Shown here piece by piece: positions 25,417 to 35,049 of a DNA stretch of 64,000 nucleotides. The notes under the pieces were generated by a model, which saw only the letters and a program-made list of their open reading frames with translations, was not told the DNA's origin and made no database searches. Every line of letters starts with the position of its first letter. Positions within the stretch are counted from its first letter, which is position 1. The translations under genes were made by a program, and so were the position numbers. The DNA is from an uncultured Thermotogae bacterium (GTDB taxonomy: Bacteria > Bipolaricaulota > Bipolaricaulia > RBG-16-55-9), in contig CAZMNF010000002.1 in assembly GCA_964567595.1 (NCBI GenBank), forward strand, positions 39,149 through 103,148, read 5' to 3'.

Positions 25417-26379
25417 CTAGACGTTCTCATCGGACTCCGATTCCGCCCGCTCGCGTTGTCGACTCGCGAGGTACGTCAGCCCCAAGCCGACGATATATAG
25501 TACAACGATGGAGGCGGCCATGGCCAACTGCGTGAACAGATCGGGCGGCGTGAAGAACGCCCCGACGCCGAAGCCGACGATGACGACGATCCGCCACTGC
25601 TTCACGAACGTCCCGTGCTCGACGAGGCCCATCTTGACCAGAAAAAACATGGCCAGCGGCAGCTCGAACGCCAGCCCGAACACGAGCATGAACAGCATGG
25701 AGAAGGAAATGTAGTTCCCGACGCTGAACATCGGGCTGATCAACGGCCGACCGATGCCCACCAGGAACTCCATGCCGAGGGGGAGAATAACGATGAAACT
25801 GAAGGCGACGCCGATGTAGAAGAGCGTGCTGCCCGAGACGAGAAAGCTGACCAAATACGAGCGCTCGTTGCGATAGAGCGCCGGCATGACGAACTTCCAG
25901 AGCTGGAAAATGACCGCCGGCATGCCGACGATCAAGCCCGTGAGCGCTGCGAGCTTGAGGTAGCTGAAAAACGCCTCGGCGGGATGGAGAAAGACCAGCC
26001 CCGTCGGCAGAAGCCGCTCGCGCAGCTGGTCGATCATCAGCGAGGCGTTCTGCGACACGGTCTGCTCCTCCTGGCCTTGGTCGACGCCGTAGTCGACCAG
26101 CATCTCCTTGAGCATCGTCAGGATCTGATCGAGCGCGTTCGGCTGGATGGGGCTCGTGGTGTCCATCGCGCTCTGGAACGGCCCGAGCAGGAGCTGAAGC
26201 AGCGGTTCTTTGAATATGTAGGCCAACACGGCGATAGCGCCCACGGCCACGATCGCGTAGATGAGCCGTGCGCGCAGCTCATCCAGATGATCGGTCAGGC
26301 TCATCTGGTTCGACTCGACTTCGTCCTCGGGCTGGGAGTCGTTGTCGTCGTTATGATGAACTGGGTCCTCGGATGCCAT
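25417..26379 (-). CDS. tatC: Twin-arginine translocase subunit TatC
   Basis: MSLTDHLDELRARLIYAIV and a six-TM pattern with FTPPD near the C-terminus. Confidence 0.9.
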   Translation of the reverse strand: MASEDPVHHNDDNDSQPEDEVESNQMSLTDHLDELRARLIYAIVAVGAIAVLAYIFKEPLLQLLLGPFQSAMDTTSPIQPNALDQILTMLKEMLVDYGVDQGQEEQTVSQNASLMIDQLRERLLPTGLVFLHPAEAFFSYLKLAALTGLIVGMPAVIFQLWKFVMPALYRNERSYLVSFLVSGSTLFYIGVAFSFIVILPLGMEFLVGIGRPLISPMFSVGNYISFSMLFMLVFGLAFELPLAMFFLVKMGLVEHGTFVKQWRIVVIVGFGVGAFFTPPDLFTQLAMAASIVVLYIVGLGLTYLASRQRERAESESDENV

Positions 26380-26421
26380 CGCGTGCCCCCTCTGTCGACG
26401 ATTCGTTGTGCGGCCGGGTGG

Positions 26422-27786
26422 TCAGTCCGACTGTAGCACGGCGCGCTCGGCGTCCACCAACCCATGGCCCTGCGCGGACAGCGCCAACCCGAGATCCTCG
26501 GCGCTCTGTCGCAGTCGACGGCGCACGTCAGGAAGATCGCGGACGCCGGAGGACATGAGCAACGCCGCCGTGCCCGTCACGAATGGAACGGAGAACGACG
26601 TCCCGTTCTGCACCTGATAGTCCCCCTCCTGACCGGTCGTGATGAGGTCGATCCCGGGCGCCGTCAGCTCCACCTCCGACCCTTGGTTGCTGAACCAGGC
26701 CCGGCGATCCTGGCGGTTCGTGGAGGCGACGGCAACGACCTCCGGATAGGCGGCCGGGTAGAGCACGCGCTCGCCCGTGTTGCCGACCGCGGAGACCATC
26801 AGGATGCCCCGGTCGTGGGCCGCCTCAACGGCGTCGCGCAGGGCGGGGTTGTCCTCGTCGGTCCCGAGGCTCATGTTGATGATGTCGGCGCCGCGTTCGG
26901 CCGCCCACTCGATGCCACGCACCAGATCGCTGATCGAGCCCTGCTCGTCGTAGCGCAGCATCTTGACGACCCAGACCCCCACGTCCGGTGCCGCGCCGAC
27001 CAGACCTCGGCCGTTCTCGGACGCCGCCAGAATCCCGGCCACACCCGACCCGTGCCCGTTGTCATCCGCCGGATCGTCGTCGCGGTTGACCAGATCGACG
27101 CCACCCCGGATGCGAGCGTTCAGGTCGGGATGATCCAGGTCGGCGCCGGTATCGAGCGTCGCGACCTGCACGCCGTCGCCCATGGCGCTGTTGTGCGGCA
27201 TGACGAGCGCCTGCGTGCACCCGGCGAGCACGGGCACAGCCACGAGCCCCAGCCCGAGGAGCATCACGGGGCGCCGACGGCCGCGACACATGAGCGCCCC
27301 AACGACGCTGAGCCCCAACGCCAGCGCGAGTCCCATCGGCCCGCTCGAGCGTGCCGACTCGGCCCGGTGGACATCGGGAACGCGCACCCGCTCGGCGCCC
27401 CAGTTGTAGAACTCGGCCGGCGTCGCTTGGCCCTGGACGTTCGCGTCCTTGGCGTCGGGAAACGCGTCGCCGGCCAGGCGCTCCGGCGTTGCCACGGTGC
27501 CGTCTGCTACGACATAGCGGACGTCCGACCGGGCTCGGAGCGGGGCGATCTGTGTCTCATCCAGTCGCGCCTTCACCGCGTTGATGAGCGGCAGGTCCGT
27601 CGCGTCCGCGCCCTGGGCCGCCAAGGACGGCACCAGCCCAGCTGCGGCCGAGCTCGACTCCGAAGCCGCAGCATCGCGCGACTTGAGCCCAACGATGACC
27701 GATCGTTCGGCCGCGCCCGCAACGGACCCGACGAAGAGCAGAATCGCGCAGGCAAATGCCAGGGCACGGATCGCGTGTCGCGGCAT
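26422..27786 (-). CDS. Subtilisin-like serine protease (S8) with an I9-like propeptide and an internal TM hairpin
   Basis: Catalytic triad contexts VATLDTGAD, DNGHGSGVAG and NGTSFSVPFVTG, plus an N-terminal signal peptide. The insertion is MGLALALGLSVVGALMCRGRRRPVMLLGLGLVAVPVLAGC. Confidence 0.85.
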   Translation of the reverse strand: MPRHAIRALAFACAILLFVGSVAGAAERSVIVGLKSRDAAASESSSAAAGLVPSLAAQGADATDLPLINAVKARLDETQIAPLRARSDVRYVVADGTVATPERLAGDAFPDAKDANVQGQATPAEFYNWGAERVRVPDVHRAESARSSGPMGLALALGLSVVGALMCRGRRRPVMLLGLGLVAVPVLAGCTQALVMPHNSAMGDGVQVATLDTGADLDHPDLNARIRGGVDLVNRDDDPADDNGHGSGVAGILAASENGRGLVGAAPDVGVWVVKMLRYDEQGSISDLVRGIEWAAERGADIINMSLGTDEDNPALRDAVEAAHDRGILMVSAVGNTGERVLYPAAYPEVVAVASTNRQDRRAWFSNQGSEVELTAPGIDLITTGQEGDYQVQNGTSFSVPFVTGTAALLMSSGVRDLPDVRRRLRQSAEDLGLALSAQGHGLVDAERAVLQSD

Positions 27787-27830
27787 GAATGTCGTCTCCT
27801 TCCTCCCCCATCGCCCAGTGATGGCCCGTC

Positions 27831-30206
27831 TTACGATGTCACTTCGACAACCGTTGCGCCGTCGCCGCCCTCGCTCGGCGGCGCCGTGTAGGAGCGCACG
27901 ACGCGCGGGTCGTTGTCCAATTGAGCTCGAACCTCGCGGCGCAACGTCCCCGTGCCCTTGCCGTGGATGAGCCGCGCCCGCTCGACGTTGCTCAGCACGA
28001 GCCGATCGAGATACTGGTCGACCTCGCGCCGCGCTTCGTCCACCGTCATGCCTCGCAGGTTCAACTCCAGGCCGACGCCCGCCGTGGAGTTGGCCTCCAC
28101 CGAGACCTGCGACCGACGCCGTTCCCCCGAGGCGGACGGGATGCGCGATTCGGGTTGCGGCGAGTCGGCCCGCTCAAGGTCGTCCAGCTCGACCTCAATG
28201 CGCATCTCGTCCACCTCGACGCTGATGCGCCGCTCGCTGTCGACGTTGCGAACGATGCCTTCTTGCGCAACAGGTCGGACGTAGACGCCCATGCCGACCT
28301 CCAAATCCGCCAGGGTCAAGCGAGCCTCGCCCGTCTCAAACGCCTCGTCGGCCGCTTCGCCCATCGCCGCTTCAACGGACTGGAGCCGCTTGAGACGCTG
28401 GCGCAGGTCGGCCTCGTCCGCTTCGCGGGCCTCGTGCAGCGCGGCCTCGATCTCGGAGCGGGCCTGCTTGAGCTCGCTCTCCAGCTCGCGTATCTCCTCG
28501 CGCAGCTCCGTCGACTTGCCGGCCTCCAACTCCGTCAGGCGCCGCTGATACCGCTCGCGGTCGGCCTGAAGCTCCTCGCGCTCCCGATCCAGCTGCGCCC
28601 GCGCCTCGGAGAGTTCCCCGCGCTCCTGCTCGAGCATGCGGATGAGCTCTTCCGCCTTGACGGCGCCCTCCGCCATGGAGGCCTTGGCCGCCTCGACGAC
28701 GTCGGACGGCATCCCGAGCCGCTCGGCGATGACGAACGCGTTGCTGGAGCCGACGCCCTCCATAAGCCGATAGGTCGGCCGCAACGTCGTCACGTCGAAC
28801 TCCACCGAACAGGTTTTCAGTTGCTCCGTCTTGTAGGCAAAATGCTTCAATGCGCCGAAGTGGGTCGTCACGACCAGGCGGCATTCGGTGTCCAACAGCC
28901 GTTGCAGAATGCCCATCCCGAGCGCGGCCCCCTCCCGCGGGTCGGTGCCCGCGCCGAGTTCGTCAATGAGCACGAGCGACTGCTCGTCGATCTCGTCGAT
29001 GAAGCCGATGATGTTTTCCATGTGCGAGGAGAACGTGCTCAGGTTCTGCTGGATCGACTGCTCGTCGCCGACGTCGCTGCGCACGTGGGGAAACACGTTG
29101 ATCTCGCTGTCGTCTTCGGCCGGAATCGGCAAGCCGGCTTGGGCCATGAGCGTCAGCAGCCCGACGGTCTTGAGCGTGACGGTCTTGCCGCCGGTGTTCG
29201 GCCCCGTGATCAACATCCCGCGCTGGCGGTCCCCGAAGTCGACGCTGACGGGCACGACGGTCTCGGGATCGAGCAACGGGTGTCGGGCTTCGAGCAAGCG
29301 GACGCGCCCGTTGGTGTTGAGCTCCGGGATGGTCGCCCCGCGATGGAGCGCGTAGCGGGCGCGAGCGTAGAGCCCGTCGAGCTTGGCCAACGTGTGGAGC
29401 GTCTCCTCGATCTTGCGGCTCTCGTCGTGGACCTTGGCGGTCAGTTCGCGCAGGATGCGAAGCTTTTCGTCACGGATGTCGCTTTCCAGCTCGCGGATCT
29501 CGTTGTTCGTCTCCACGACCGCGCGCGGCTCGACGTAGAGCGTCTGGCCCGAATCGGAACTGTCGTGGACGACGCAGTCGAGCTCGCGCTTGGCGTGGCT
29601 CTTGATCGGCACAACGAGTCGATGGGAGCGGCGCGTAATGATCGCCTCTCGGATCGCGCCGCTGTTCTGGCGGGCATTCAGGAAGGACTTGAGCTTGTCC
29701 TCGACGCGCTCCTCGAGGGTCCGCTTGCGGCGCGAGAGCGTTTTCAACTGGCGCGAGGCCGTCTCCAGCATCTGTCCGTCGTCGTCGAAGGTGCGTCGGA
29801 TGGCGCCCTCCAGCTCGCGGAACACGCCGATCCGATCGGCCAACGCGGGCAAGTGCTCGTACTCGCCCTCCAACGCCTCGACCTCGTCGCGCAATCGACG
29901 CGCGCTCTCCAGCGTCCGGACAATCTTAAGAAAATCGTCCGCATCGAGCGACGTCGTCTCGCTCGCCCGCTTGAGCGCCGACGCGAGGTCATCCAGCCCC
30001 TCGATGATCAACCCCTCGGTGCCCACCGCCTCGATCATCTCGCGGGTCCGATCGAGCTCTCGTTGAATGGCGGTCGACTCGGATTGGGGCGCGAGCCCAT
30101 CCACGGCGTCGCGGCCCAACGGGGACGCCGCCCAGCCTCGGACGTCGGCTAGCACGTGGGAGAACTCCAGGTCTCGGCGTGTTCGATCGTTGACGATGGG
30201 CGCCAT
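27831..30206 (-). CDS. mutS2: Endonuclease MutS2 (with C-terminal Smr domain)
   Basis: GPNTGGKTV Walker A and Smr block LNLRGMTVDEA...LIHGKGTGTLR. The start is trimmed to ATG 30206 (MAPIVNDRTRRDLEF). Confidence 0.9.
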   Translation of the reverse strand: MAPIVNDRTRRDLEFSHVLADVRGWAASPLGRDAVDGLAPQSESTAIQRELDRTREMIEAVGTEGLIIEGLDDLASALKRASETTSLDADDFLKIVRTLESARRLRDEVEALEGEYEHLPALADRIGVFRELEGAIRRTFDDDGQMLETASRQLKTLSRRKRTLEERVEDKLKSFLNARQNSGAIREAIITRRSHRLVVPIKSHAKRELDCVVHDSSDSGQTLYVEPRAVVETNNEIRELESDIRDEKLRILRELTAKVHDESRKIEETLHTLAKLDGLYARARYALHRGATIPELNTNGRVRLLEARHPLLDPETVVPVSVDFGDRQRGMLITGPNTGGKTVTLKTVGLLTLMAQAGLPIPAEDDSEINVFPHVRSDVGDEQSIQQNLSTFSSHMENIIGFIDEIDEQSLVLIDELGAGTDPREGAALGMGILQRLLDTECRLVVTTHFGALKHFAYKTEQLKTCSVEFDVTTLRPTYRLMEGVGSSNAFVIAERLGMPSDVVEAAKASMAEGAVKAEELIRMLEQERGELSEARAQLDREREELQADRERYQRRLTELEAGKSTELREEIRELESELKQARSEIEAALHEAREADEADLRQRLKRLQSVEAAMGEAADEAFETGEARLTLADLEVGMGVYVRPVAQEGIVRNVDSERRISVEVDEMRIEVELDDLERADSPQPESRIPSASGERRRSQVSVEANSTAGVGLELNLRGMTVDEARREVDQYLDRLVLSNVERARLIHGKGTGTLRREVRAQLDNDPRVVRSYTAPPSEGGDGATVVEVTS

Positions 30207-30342
30207 GTGCGTTGCAGCATAGGCAATGGCCGTCCCATTTGCAATTTCAACCGCCCTCTGCGGCGCAACGATGTCCTGGAGCGGCAAGCGAGTCGACGTG
30301 CTGAAGCGAGGAGACGCGCTATTGCAGCAACTGATAAGCATC

Positions 30343-30371
30343 TTGACAGGATTTTGCGGATGCCATACGCT
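30343..30371 (+). promoter_or_regulatory. Sigma-70-type promoter candidate for greA (very short leader)
   Basis: TTGACA (30343..30348), a 17-nt spacer, then TACGCT (30366..30371). The ATG is at 30382, and there is no SD between the -10 and the start. Confidence 0.4.
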
Positions 30372-30381
30372 GATTGCAGCC

Positions 30382-30861
30382 ATGGACGAGCTTTACCTCA
30401 GCCGCTCCGAGATCGCCTCGCTGAAGCAGCGCATCGACGACCTGGAAAAGCAGCGCTTGGAGGTCGCCCAGGAGATTCGCGAAGCCAAGGCCCAAGGGGA
30501 CCTGCGCGAGAACGCCGCTTACCATGCCGCCAAGGAGAAGCAAGCGTTCCTGGAAAGCCAGATCCGCGAGCTCGAACGCCGGCTGGGCCAAGCCAAGCCG
30601 TTGGACGACGACGGCGGACAGCCGCAGACCGTCCGCAGCGGCACGATCGTCCATTTGAGGGACCTCGAACGCGACGAAGAGCTCGAGGTCTACGTCGTGG
30701 CGGACTTGAGCCTGGCGCCGCCGGACGGGCCGATGCCGGTCTCGTCGCAGTCACCGTTGGGAAGCGCCATCATCGGTTACGCCCGCGACAATGAGGTCAC
30801 CGTTGACTCGCCGAACGGGGCGCAACGCTACCGCATTCTGGACATCCAATCAGCCGGATAA
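30382..30861 (+). CDS. greA: Transcription elongation factor GreA
   Basis: GDLRENAAYHAAKEKQAFLESQIRELE and a C-terminal FKBP-like block; trimmed from the track ORF at 30226. Confidence 0.9.
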   Translation: MDELYLSRSEIASLKQRIDDLEKQRLEVAQEIREAKAQGDLRENAAYHAAKEKQAFLESQIRELERRLGQAKPLDDDGGQPQTVRSGTIVHLRDLERDEELEVYVVADLSLAPPDGPMPVSSQSPLGSAIIGYARDNEVTVDSPNGAQRYRILDIQSAG

Positions 30862-30904
30862 CTGACGCAGACCGATCTTGCCTGCCAACCGGAAGGAGGC
30901 CACC

Positions 30905-32239
30905 ATGGCACCGCAGCGAGCGATCATCATGGGCGCCGCTGGGCGCGACTTTCACAATTTCAACACGTTCTTCCGCGACAACGAGCACTACGACGTTGTC
31001 GCGTTTACGGCCGCCCAGATCCCGGACATCGAGGGTCGCCAGTACCCGCCAGACCTCGCCGGAGGTCGCTATCCCGATGGCATTCCCATCGAAGCCGAAG
31101 AGGACCTGCCCCAGTTGATCCGGGACCAAGACGTCGATCTCGTCGTCTTCGCCTACAGCGACGTCAACCATCAGTACGTGATGGACCGTGCCTCGACCGT
31201 GATGGCCGCCGGGGCCAACTTCGCGCTGCTCGGCCCCGACGCGACGATGCTTTCCTCCTCGAAGCCCGTGATTTCCGTCACGGCCGTCCGGACCGGATCG
31301 GGGAAAAGCCAGACGACCCGACGCGTCGCGGAAGCCCTCAAGTCCATGGACCTGGATACGGTCGTGATCCGTCACCCGATGCCCTACGGCGACCTCACCA
31401 AACAGATCGTGCAGCGCTTCGCCACCGACGAGGATCTGGACGAGCACGACTGCACCATCGAAGAGCGCGAGGAATACGAGCCGCACCTGGACCGCGGCAA
31501 CGTCGTCTACGCCGGCGTCGACTACGAGCGGATTATCAGACAGGCCGAGGAGGAGGGCGACGTCGTTCTCTGGGATGGCGGCAACAACGACTTTTCCTTT
31601 TATCGGTCGGATCTATCCATTGTGGTCGCCGACCCGCATCGTGCGGGCCATGAGCTCACATACTATCCCGGTGCCGTCAACCTGCGCATGGCCGACGTCG
31701 TCGTCATCAACAAGGTCGATACGGCCGAACGCTCGGACGTGGAACGGGTCAAACAAAGCGTCCGGGACCATAATCCCGAGGCGCTGATCTTGGAGGCCGC
31801 TTCGCCCATCACCGTCGACGATCCCAGCGCCATTGAGGGCAAGCGCGTCCTGGTGGTCGAGGACGGCCCGACGCTGACCCACGGCGAGATGGCCTACGGC
31901 GCCGGCACCGTCGCCGCCGAGCAGCATGGGGCCCAAGCGATCCTCTCCCCCTACGAGGCGTCCGTCGGAAGCATCCGCGAGACGTTCGAGCACCATCCGC
32001 AAGTCCGCGACGTGCTGCCGGCAATGGGCTACAGCAACCAACAGATCGAGGATCTTCAGACGACGATCCGGAACGCCGACCCCGAGGCGGTTGTCATCGC
32101 CACGCCGATCGACCTCACCCGGCTCGTCGACTTCGACGTGCCCACAACGCGCGTCACCTACGATCTCGACGAGCAGGGGTCGACGACGCTCAAGGACGTC
32201 ATCGCCGAACGACTGGGGGAGACGCTCAAGCAGGGCTAG
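30905..32239 (+). CDS. COG2403-family P-loop protein (annotated elsewhere as predicted GTPase or cyclic 2,3-diphosphoglycerate synthetase-like)
   Basis: IMGAAGRDFHNFN...VVAFTAAQIP...AVRTGSGKSQTT...RHPMPYGD...TIEEREEYE...WDGGNND. GGAGG lies 5 nt upstream of ATG 30905. Confidence 0.7.
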   Translation: MAPQRAIIMGAAGRDFHNFNTFFRDNEHYDVVAFTAAQIPDIEGRQYPPDLAGGRYPDGIPIEAEEDLPQLIRDQDVDLVVFAYSDVNHQYVMDRASTVMAAGANFALLGPDATMLSSSKPVISVTAVRTGSGKSQTTRRVAEALKSMDLDTVVIRHPMPYGDLTKQIVQRFATDEDLDEHDCTIEEREEYEPHLDRGNVVYAGVDYERIIRQAEEEGDVVLWDGGNNDFSFYRSDLSIVVADPHRAGHELTYYPGAVNLRMADVVVINKVDTAERSDVERVKQSVRDHNPEALILEAASPITVDDPSAIEGKRVLVVEDGPTLTHGEMAYGAGTVAAEQHGAQAILSPYEASVGSIRETFEHHPQVRDVLPAMGYSNQQIEDLQTTIRNADPEAVVIATPIDLTRLVDFDVPTTRVTYDLDEQGSTTLKDVIAERLGETLKQG

Positions 32240-32652
32240 CTCAGCCCCGACTGCCGTCCGCGATTGCGAGTGATCATCCCGAACCCCCGTTCGAAGCCGA
32301 AGCGCGCATAGAACCGCTCCAGCTCCGGATTGCACCAAAGGTCGATCATGTAGAGCCCATCCAGTTGCTCGAGCAGCCGACGGACCAGCTCGCTGCCGAT
32401 ACCTCGGCCTTGATAGGGTTGCAGCACTTCGAGAAGCGGGACGTAGGCGCTCAGGACCCCATCGCTGATGGCGTTGATAAAGCCCACGACCCGCTCGGTC
32501 TCGTCATCGTAGGCCAGGACGATATGATCGCTTTCCCGCAGAATGGTTAAATGGGTTTCCGGCGAGGGCGGATTCGGCCAGCCCCAGTCGATGAAGAAGC
32601 CTTGAAGGTCTTCCGCAAAGATGCCGTCCGTTGATCCCTGATACCGCACCAT
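32236..32652 (-). CDS. GNAT family N-acetyltransferase
   Basis: QPYQGRGIGSELVRRLLEQL (acetyl-CoA binding motif) and GGAGGAGG upstream of ATG 32652. It shares the tetranucleotide CTAG with the convergent stop at 32236..32239. Confidence 0.8.
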   Translation of the reverse strand: MVRYQGSTDGIFAEDLQGFFIDWGWPNPPSPETHLTILRESDHIVLAYDDETERVVGFINAISDGVLSAYVPLLEVLQPYQGRGIGSELVRRLLEQLDGLYMIDLWCNPELERFYARFGFERGFGMITRNRGRQSGLS

Positions 32653-32783
32653 GAACCTCCTCCACAAAGGGAGCCAAACAACCGTCGTGGTCAGCCGCAC
32701 CTGTCCGGTATGTTAGCATCATTCTCATGCGGATACCGACGACTCGAACGGTCATAGCAGCCTAGGGCACATCACCCTGAATC

Positions 32784-33932
32784 ATGAGCAGATCGACCCG
32801 GACGCTGACGCCCGGTAGCGACGCTTTGCGTAAGCTATTTCCGGTCACCGAGCGCTACGCCTATCTCAATCACGCGTCCGCTTCTCCGTTAAATCGCCGC
32901 ACGGCCGACGCCGTCCGTCAGTGGATCACCGACTGGGAAGCCGAGGGCACCCAGGCTGCATTTGGCGAGGATGTCCTCGCCGACTACCGCGCCCGAACGG
33001 CTCAACTCGTGGGGGCGCGTCCCGACGAGATCGCCTTCACGCGCAACACGAGCGAAGGGCTATTGTTGGTGGCGCTCGGGTTGCCTTGGCAGCCGGGCGA
33101 CGTCCTTGTGACCGCCGAGACCGAGTTCACCGCCAACGTCTACCCCTGGCAGACGCTGCTTGATCGAGGCGTCGAGATCCGCCGCGTCCCGTCGCGCAAC
33201 GGCCGCATCCGCGTCGATGACGTGGCGGCCGTCGTGGATGGGCGGACCCGGCTGCTGGCCCTCAGCCACGTGGCGTTCCATACGGGGTTCCGCAATCACC
33301 TCCCCGACTTGGGCCAGCTCTGCGAGGACCGCGACGTTCGGTTCTGTGTGGACGCTGTCCAAGGCGCGGGGGTGCTGCCCATCGACGTCGGCGATATGGG
33401 CATCGACTTTCTCTCGGCCGGCGGCGCCAAGTGGCTGCTCGGCCCCATTGGAGCGGGCATGTTCTATTGCCGGCGCGAGTTGCTCGAGGACTTGGATCCC
33501 CGGACCTACGGCTGGCTCAGCACCGTCGATCCGGACGACCACTTCAACTACGAACTCCCGCTCAGCGACACGGCCTCGCGCTTTGAAGCTGGGACCTTGT
33601 CGTGGCCGAGCCTCGTCGGATTCATGGAGAGCGTGGCGCTGTTGCAGGAGGTCGGCGTCGCCAACATCGAAAAGCACGTCCTCTCGCTCACCGATGGCCT
33701 GATCACCTCGCTCGCGGACCGGGGCTACGAGCTGATCACGCCCATCGGCTACCGCGCTGAACGCAGCGGGATCGTCAGCTTCCGCCATCCCGAGCGCGAC
33801 TCCGCCGAGCTGCACGAACGGCTGCAGCAGGAGTCCGTCGTCGTCTCCCAGCGGGGCGACGGGATTCGCGTGTCGCCGCATCTCTACAATTCGTGGGACG
33901 ACATCGAGAAACTCCTCGAGGCGCTGCCATGA
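32784..33932 (+). CDS. Class V aminotransferase / cysteine desulfurase-like PLP enzyme
   Basis: Fold-type I pattern; LSAGGAKWLLGP contains the candidate PLP lysine; YLNHAS at the N-terminus. Confidence 0.8.
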   Translation: MSRSTRTLTPGSDALRKLFPVTERYAYLNHASASPLNRRTADAVRQWITDWEAEGTQAAFGEDVLADYRARTAQLVGARPDEIAFTRNTSEGLLLVALGLPWQPGDVLVTAETEFTANVYPWQTLLDRGVEIRRVPSRNGRIRVDDVAAVVDGRTRLLALSHVAFHTGFRNHLPDLGQLCEDRDVRFCVDAVQGAGVLPIDVGDMGIDFLSAGGAKWLLGPIGAGMFYCRRELLEDLDPRTYGWLSTVDPDDHFNYELPLSDTASRFEAGTLSWPSLVGFMESVALLQEVGVANIEKHVLSLTDGLITSLADRGYELITPIGYRAERSGIVSFRHPERDSAELHERLQQESVVVSQRGDGIRVSPHLYNSWDDIEKLLEALP

Positions 33933-33980
33933 GCGGGTCACGGGCCATGGCGTTCTGATCGAGCTCGGAAGGGCCATGCC

Positions 33981-34337
33981 ATGCGAACAATTGCCATGAT
34001 CGCCCACGACAGCAAGAAGGATGACCTCGTCCGCTTTGCCCAACATCACCGGGCTTTTCTTCAGGGGTGCCGAATCGTCGCGACCGGTCACACGGGAGCT
34101 GAGCTCCGCGAGAACGTCGGCCTGGATGTCGACGTGATGCTCTCCGGCCCCCACGGCGGGGATGCCCAGATCGCGGCCCAGGTTGCCACCGAGAAGATCG
34201 ACGCCGTGATTTTCCTAATGGACCCCCTCTATGCCCATCCTCACGAGCCCGACATCCAGATGCTCTTGCGCCTGTGCAACGTCCACGACATTCCGCTGGC
34301 CACGAACTTGTCGACGGCCACCCGTCTGTTGGGCTGA
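33981..34337 (+). CDS. mgsA: Methylglyoxal synthase
   Basis: IAMIAHDSKKDDLV...ATGHTG...SGPHGGDAQI...IFLMDPL. Confidence 0.9.
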   Translation: MRTIAMIAHDSKKDDLVRFAQHHRAFLQGCRIVATGHTGAELRENVGLDVDVMLSGPHGGDAQIAAQVATEKIDAVIFLMDPLYAHPHEPDIQMLLRLCNVHDIPLATNLSTATRLLG

Positions 34338-34357
34338 TCGCCTCGCTTGCTCGATCC

Positions 34358-35008
34358 ATGGACGATTGGACGTTCTCGAACGGAGCGGGTACGCTGCGTC
34401 GGGCGATGCCGGACACAGGAATCGACGGCGTGCTCTTTGACTTGGACGGCACGCTCTTCGACGCGGACTACGACTGGCCGTGGATCAAGGCCCAGCTCGG
34501 CATGCCCCATCCCGATGGATCGATTCTCGATCATCTCCAATCGCTGGAGGCGGCCGAGCGAGCGGAACATGAGCGCTTCTTAGCGAGAGTCGAGAACGAA
34601 GCGACCGACAACGGGCGCCTCCGAGACGGCGCTGTGGCGTTGCTTGAGCGTCTGGCCGACCTCCGCCTCAAACGCGGCCTGGTTACCAACAACCGACGCC
34701 GCAACGCCGACCTCGTCCTCGAGCGCTACGGGCTACGCTTCGAGGCGGTCGTCACCCGCGACGACGGGGTTTATAAGCCCTCGGGCGAGCCCTTGGTCCA
34801 GGCTGCCGAGGCGATTGACTGTCCGATCGAACGTGTTGTCTATGTGGGAGACAACGAGCTCGACGTGCGCGCAGCCCGCGACGCGGGCGTCGCCCATCTG
34901 ATCATCATTAGCGACGATCCGGATCGCTTCCGAGGGCGCTGCGATGACCTTGCTTGTCATTTGGACGATGTCCAAGAGACTCTTGAACGGCTGAACCGGA
35001 CGGGATAG
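34358..35008 (+). CDS. HAD family hydrolase (phosphoglycolate phosphatase-like)
   Basis: GVLFDLDGTLFD (DxDGT), VTNN and VGDNELDVRAA motifs. The start is uncertain (alternative ATG about 45 nt downstream). Confidence 0.8.
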   Translation: MDDWTFSNGAGTLRRAMPDTGIDGVLFDLDGTLFDADYDWPWIKAQLGMPHPDGSILDHLQSLEAAERAEHERFLARVENEATDNGRLRDGAVALLERLADLRLKRGLVTNNRRRNADLVLERYGLRFEAVVTRDDGVYKPSGEPLVQAAEAIDCPIERVVYVGDNELDVRAARDAGVAHLIIISDDPDRFRGRCDDLACHLDDVQETLERLNRTG

Positions 35009-35049
35009 ATCCGTCAACGACCAACGCCCCCTGAGCGGAGGTAATCGCC

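Noticed and set aside
27217-27290. Internal translation start (ATG TGT CGC ...) that would make the S8 catalytic domain a separate lipoprotein
   Set aside because: There is no SD upstream of the internal ATG, and the conserved first segment of the mature subtilase domain lies before the insertion. A single polypeptide with a TM hairpin is the simpler reading.
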